This document shows, piece after piece, positions 59,929 through 64,000 of a stretch of 64,000 nucleotides of DNA. The position numbers and the translations under genes were made by a program. The notes under the pieces were generated by a model, which was not told the origin of the DNA, ran no database searches, and saw nothing but the letters and a program-made list of their open reading frames with translations. The stretch comes from an uncultured bacterium (GTDB taxonomy: Bacteria > Auribacterota > Erginobacteria > Erginobacterales > Erginobacteraceae): positions 256,001-320,000 of the forward strand of contig CAWGIE010000019.1 of NCBI GenBank assembly GCA_963822585.1, written 5' to 3'. Every line of letters begins with the position of its first letter. Position 1 is the first letter of the stretch.

Positions 59929-60993
59929 TTAATCTCCGGACTTGACGTCCGAGAGGGCGAGACCGTTCTTGGTCGTGTTCTTGATCCGGTACATCAGGTG
60001 ATCGGCGGCCAGAAGCAATTCCTTGGCGGTTTCCCCGTCTTCCGGGAACAGGGCCAACCCGAAGCTGGCCGTCACCCGAACCGGCTTCCCCTCGCTCTGA
60101 AGATAAGCTGAGGAGGCAATCGTCGAGCGGACGGTTTCCACCAGTGCCCGGGCGGAAGCCCGGCTCCGACCCGGCAGGACGAGCACGTATTCGTCGCCCC
60201 CGTATTTGAAGACCATGTCGCTCGGGGCCAGGCAGCCCAGGATGGTTGAACCGATCTCCTTCAACGCCCGGCTCCCCAGCAGGTGCCCGTGTTCATCAAC
60301 CAGTCCCTTGAAGTTGTCGATATCGGCGAAAACAACCCCGACGGGTGAGCCTTTTTCGCGGGCAGCGCGGACAATGCCCTCCAGCACTCGATAGAGATGT
60401 CGCACGTTGAAAAGACCGGTATATTCATCAATGATACTCAGCCGGTGAACGGTGGCTACATACCGGGAGTTTTCGATGGCGATCGCGGCATAGTCGGCCA
60501 GCGCCTGGAGAACCGGGAGGTCTCTTTTCTTGAAGAGCTCGATGTCTTCGACGTTCACGATCTCCATCACGCCCAGGGTCTTGCCGTGGATCTTGAGCGG
60601 GAGACAGACCACAGACCGGGTGGTAAACCCCGAGCGGGCGTCCATCTCCCGGTAAAACCGGGTGTCGCCCTGGACATCGGCCACGAACTCCGCGTTGCCG
60701 GATTGGGCCACGCAGCCGGCGATCCCATGGCCGCACGGTATGCAGAACCCTCGGAGGGACTCCTTCTTGCTCCCTTCCACCACCGCGAATGTCAGCTCCC
60801 CCGTCTCCTGATTTTTTAAAAGGAGCGACCAGTTCTCGGCCGGGATCAGCCGGCTGGCCCGGGAGATGATCAATCGCAGGATTTCGTCCAGGTCCAGGGA
60901 GGAAGTCAAAAGCTTTCCGATCTCGACCAGAACCAGGAGGGTCTCCGGATCGCTGATAGACCAATTTGTTTTCCGCTTCTTCTCTTTCTTCAT
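59929..60993 (-). CDS. GAF-GGDEF diguanylate cyclase (GGDEY variant)
   Basis: GIAG.V..SG, D..SGF.TRS (GAF); DEYTGLFN, DIDNFK, YGGDEY, TASFG. Confidence 0.9.
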   Translation of the reverse strand: MKKEKKRKTNWSISDPETLLVLVEIGKLLTSSLDLDEILRLIISRASRLIPAENWSLLLKNQETGELTFAVVEGSKKESLRGFCIPCGHGIAGCVAQSGNAEFVADVQGDTRFYREMDARSGFTTRSVVCLPLKIHGKTLGVMEIVNVEDIELFKKRDLPVLQALADYAAIAIENSRYVATVHRLSIIDEYTGLFNVRHLYRVLEGIVRAAREKGSPVGVVFADIDNFKGLVDEHGHLLGSRALKEIGSTILGCLAPSDMVFKYGGDEYVLVLPGRSRASARALVETVRSTIASSAYLQSEGKPVRVTASFGLALFPEDGETAKELLLAADHLMYRIKNTTKNGLALSDVKSGD

Positions 60994-61207
60994 AAAAAAT
61001 TCCTTTTTTCCATTAAATTAAACTTCCCCTCAAAAACTCAGCTTCGCAACTATTGTGCACCTGATGAAACCAATTGTTCCCCCCACCTCGGCTCCTGATT
61101 TTTAGCACCTGATCATTCTGACTGACCTGAAAAAAATCAGAGAAATCAGGTCAATCAGGTGTTATATTTAACATATAATGAGATGAGTAACAATAAGGAG
61201 GATACCC

Positions 61208-61660
61208 ATGAAGCGCAGGAGCATGATATTGACCAGGGTGATAATGGCGGTCCGGGCCGCATTGGTAATGGCCGTGGCCGGCTGCTCGGTCGGGTACGGG
61301 ACGAAGATCGGGAGCACCGTGAAGTCGATTAACCATTCCGGCTACACCTATGATCAGATCTTCGACGGCGCCGAGGCGGCGCTGGATGAACTGGGGGTGG
61401 TCACCGCGGCGAATCGGGTGACCGGCGTCATCGAGGGAGAAATTCCTCCCTATCGGGTCAAGGCGATTCTGGAGAAAGGTTCTTCCTGGCTCAAGTTGGA
61501 AGGGATTGAAGAGGAGCAGGGTGCCTGGAAACGGGGGACCGGGAAGGGCGAGTGGTCTCTCTCGATGCTGGACGGGACCTTCCGCTACCGCCAGGGGGCG
61601 GCAACGCTCCAGGAAGCGGTGGATGACTGGAGCCACGCGATCAACCGACGAATACCCTGA
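61208..61660 (+). CDS. Putative lipoprotein
   Basis: SD AAGGAGG; lipobox VAGC. Confidence 0.7.
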   Translation: MKRRSMILTRVIMAVRAALVMAVAGCSVGYGTKIGSTVKSINHSGYTYDQIFDGAEAALDELGVVTAANRVTGVIEGEIPPYRVKAILEKGSSWLKLEGIEEEQGAWKRGTGKGEWSLSMLDGTFRYRQGAATLQEAVDDWSHAINRRIP

Positions 61661-61795
61661 AAACTCCCATCAGTAATCGGTGATCAGTAAGCGGTAATAT
61701 ATGCGTTCCGGCTTTTGGTAACGGCAATGGGTATTGTATGATGCCGGTGATTCCATAACAGCGCTATAAACCAGATACCAACGGAGGAATAACGG

Positions 61796-62275
61796 ATGCA
61801 TAAAAAAGATACTGAAAAGAAGATCAGTCATCTTCAGCGGAGGGAGATACAGGCCCCGGTGGCCGCGATTCTGATCAGGGGCCTTGGCGGGGAAATCGGC
61901 CGGGAGAAAGCCATGGAAGTGGCCGCCTCGGCCATCCGGGCGGACGCCATCATTGACGGCCGGCAGACGGCCGAGCGCTCCGGCTCCAACACCATGGAGG
62001 AACTGGCCCGGGTGGTCAGAGAGGTATGGGCGGAAGACGACGCGATCAGCATCAAAATGCTGGAAGAGACGGACCGGAGATTGAGCTTCGATGTTGTCCG
62101 CTGCCGTTATGCCGAGCTCTATGACCGCCTGGGAATGAGGGAACTCGGATTCTGCCTTTCCTGCAGCCGGGACGAGGCCTTTACCGAGGGGTTCAATCCG
62201 CGCATCAAGCTGACCAGAACGCAGACCATCATGGAGGGCGCGCCCACCTGCGACTTCCGATTCACCCGCGAGTAA
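61796..62275 (+). CDS. L-2-amino-thiazoline-4-carboxylate hydrolase-like protein
   Basis: RREIQA, V.RCRYAE, LSCSRD, RTQTIMEGA..CDFR. Confidence 0.85.
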   Translation: MHKKDTEKKISHLQRREIQAPVAAILIRGLGGEIGREKAMEVAASAIRADAIIDGRQTAERSGSNTMEELARVVREVWAEDDAISIKMLEETDRRLSFDVVRCRYAELYDRLGMRELGFCLSCSRDEAFTEGFNPRIKLTRTQTIMEGAPTCDFRFTRE

Positions 62276-62312
62276 TCATCCAGCCATCCTTTTAATGCTT
62301 ACCAAATTAACT

Positions 62313-62530
62313 ACCACGAAGGACACGAAGAACACGAAGGATAATACTATAGGGGCTTTTCGTTAATAGCATTGATGAGAAATAAAACCACAGCAATCAT
62401 CTGACGGGTTTGTCAATCAGCCCGGTTGGCTGCCCTGAGAACCCCCGCCTGGCTTATTCATTGCTGATAATGTCCAGATTGTTTTCGCTTTTCTCTATTT
62501 CTCCTTCGTGTTCTTCGTGTCCTTCGTGGT
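62313..62530. mobile_element. Cargo-less element with GxxExxY-type perfect IRs
   Basis: IRs at 62313-62339 and 62504-62530; 11-bp direct repeat CGAGTAATCAT at 62269 and 62541. Confidence 0.75.
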
Positions 62531-62578
62531 AATTAGTCCCCGAGTAATCATACTATTTATTTATAGAGAGGAGAGGTG

Positions 62579-63799
62579 ATGAAGGCGTTAAAGAAGAAGC
62601 AGTATTTCTTCAAGCATCCCGGAATGAACTTCGAGACCCTGATCGCCCTGGGCTTCTGTTCGTACCGGGGGGCCGGGGCCGGTGAGGTCATCTCCACCTG
62701 CTCCCGGATCCGCGACGGGGATTTCGAGAGCTGGTATAGCGAATGGTACCGGACAGCGGAACGGATTCGCGCGATCGCCCGGGAATGCGACAAGGCCGGC
62801 GACACGACGGGAGCCCGCTGGGCGTGGCTGCGCGCGTCGAACTATTTTGCCACCGCCAACTCCATGGTCGACGGGACCGACGACCCGGGACGGCAGCTAC
62901 CGACCTGGCAGGAACACCGGAACTGCTGGGATGAGTTCTGCCGGCGTCTTTCGCCCCCGGCCGAGAAGATTGAGATCCCTTACGGGGACAGTGGCATGCC
63001 GGGCTACTTTTTCCGACCGCCGGACGCGGAAGGCCCGCTCCCCGTGATCATCTTCAACAACGGCTCCGACGGGCCGGTCAGCGCCATCTGGGCGAGCGGG
63101 ATCGCCGGGGCGCTGGAGCGGGGATACGCGGCCCTGACCTTCGACGGACCCGGCCAGAACAGCCTTCTCTGGCTGCACAACATACCCTTCCGCCCCGATT
63201 GGGAGAAGGTCATCACCCCGGTCGTCGACTTTCTCCTCGCTCGCCGGGAGGCGGACCCGGAACGGATCGTCCTCTCCGGGATCAGCCAGGGAGGCTACTG
63301 GGTGCTCCGGGCGCTGGCCTTCGAACACCGGATAGCGGCCGGGATCGCCGACCCCGGGGTGATGGATGTCTCGACCGCGATGCTGGAGAAACTCCCCGGC
63401 GGCATGCGCCGGTCCCTCCGGGAAGGAGACCGGGCCAAGTTCGAAAAGCAGCTCCGCCTGGGAGAGCACTTCATGGGAAAAGCCGCGCGGCAGGAACTGG
63501 AGTTCCGGATGAAGCCCTATTGCACGCAAAATGTCTTCGACTGGATGACCGAAGCCCTGCGCTACAACGCCCGGGACGTGATCACGGAGATCCGGTGCCC
63601 GATGCTGATCGCCGATCCGGACGACGAGCAGTTCTGGCCCGGCCAGTCCCGGGAGGTCTATGACGCGCTGACCTGCCCCAAGACCATCGTCCGTTTCACG
63701 GAGGAGGAAGGAGCCAACTGGCACTGCGAGCCGATGGCACGGGCCCTTTACGACCAGCGGGTCTTCGACTGGTTGGCGACCGTTTTGCCACCCGGCTGA
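62579..63799 (+). CDS. Alpha/beta hydrolase (S9/FrsA-like)
   Basis: RASNY, NGSDG, FDGPGQ, GISQGG, HCE. Confidence 0.88.
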   Translation: MKALKKKQYFFKHPGMNFETLIALGFCSYRGAGAGEVISTCSRIRDGDFESWYSEWYRTAERIRAIARECDKAGDTTGARWAWLRASNYFATANSMVDGTDDPGRQLPTWQEHRNCWDEFCRRLSPPAEKIEIPYGDSGMPGYFFRPPDAEGPLPVIIFNNGSDGPVSAIWASGIAGALERGYAALTFDGPGQNSLLWLHNIPFRPDWEKVITPVVDFLLARREADPERIVLSGISQGGYWVLRALAFEHRIAAGIADPGVMDVSTAMLEKLPGGMRRSLREGDRAKFEKQLRLGEHFMGKAARQELEFRMKPYCTQNVFDWMTEALRYNARDVITEIRCPMLIADPDDEQFWPGQSREVYDALTCPKTIVRFTEEEGANWHCEPMARALYDQRVFDWLATVLPPG

Positions 63800-63824
63800 A
63801 GGGCCGGGCGGCAAACCCGATCTT

Positions 63825-63914
63825 GGTAGCCGCCCCGATTAAATCGGGGCGTCATCACCAATCGGAATGGTTGTCAGCAATAGTCAATAACGCACCTTAA
63901 AAGGTGCGGCTACC
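63825..63914. repeat. REP-like doublet (GTAG foot)
   Basis: GGTAGCCGCCCCGATTAAATCGGGGCG ... CGCACCTTAAAAGGTGCGGCTACC. Confidence 0.7.
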
Positions 63915-64000
63915 TTCAGGTTCATGAAAATAGGGTTTTTTGGCCAGCCTCCTGAAACGGCAGCGGATCAGATAGATACTCCCAGCGAACTGATCACCGA

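Noticed and set aside
1..64000. tRNA/rRNA genes, prophage or an intact IS
   Set aside because: I recognised no cloverleaf, rRNA, phage or transposase motifs by eye; tRNAscan-SE, barrnap and ISEScan would confirm

Overview
64-kb bacterial chromosomal window with GC-rich coding DNA and AT-rich intergenic DNA. There are about 55 CDS, mostly housekeeping or accessory: a hybrid sensor kinase, RNase D, MtfA, MFS/AspT/AaeXAB/Mla-Pqi transporters, a GH13 enzyme, two cold-shock genes, zwf, a TIGR04282/04283 glycosyltransferase cluster, rlmB, mscL, an AbiE type IV TA pair and a GAF-GGDEF protein. I saw no rRNA, tRNA, CRISPR array or recognisable transposase. Three large secreted proteins share a C-terminal FG-GAP-like repeat domain, of a style I associate (unverified inference) with uncultured PVC-related Candidatus Auribacterota. 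Most notable observations: (1) a GxxExxY gene bracketed by perfect 27-bp inverted repeats sits backwards inside the mla operon, and the same ends recur as cargo-less elements across the window; (2) a well-signalled 82-aa peptide with six [F/Y]-x-C motifs is a candidate orphan RiPP precursor; (3) both csp genes carry a covarying terminator/antiterminator leader RNA; (4) a GNAT-HDAC fusion is divergent from a histone-H1-like protein; (5) several further MITE/REP families are present. Several single-base frameshifts suggest assembly indels or gene decay, so pseudogene calls are provisional. All family assignments come from motif recognition by eye, not from searches.
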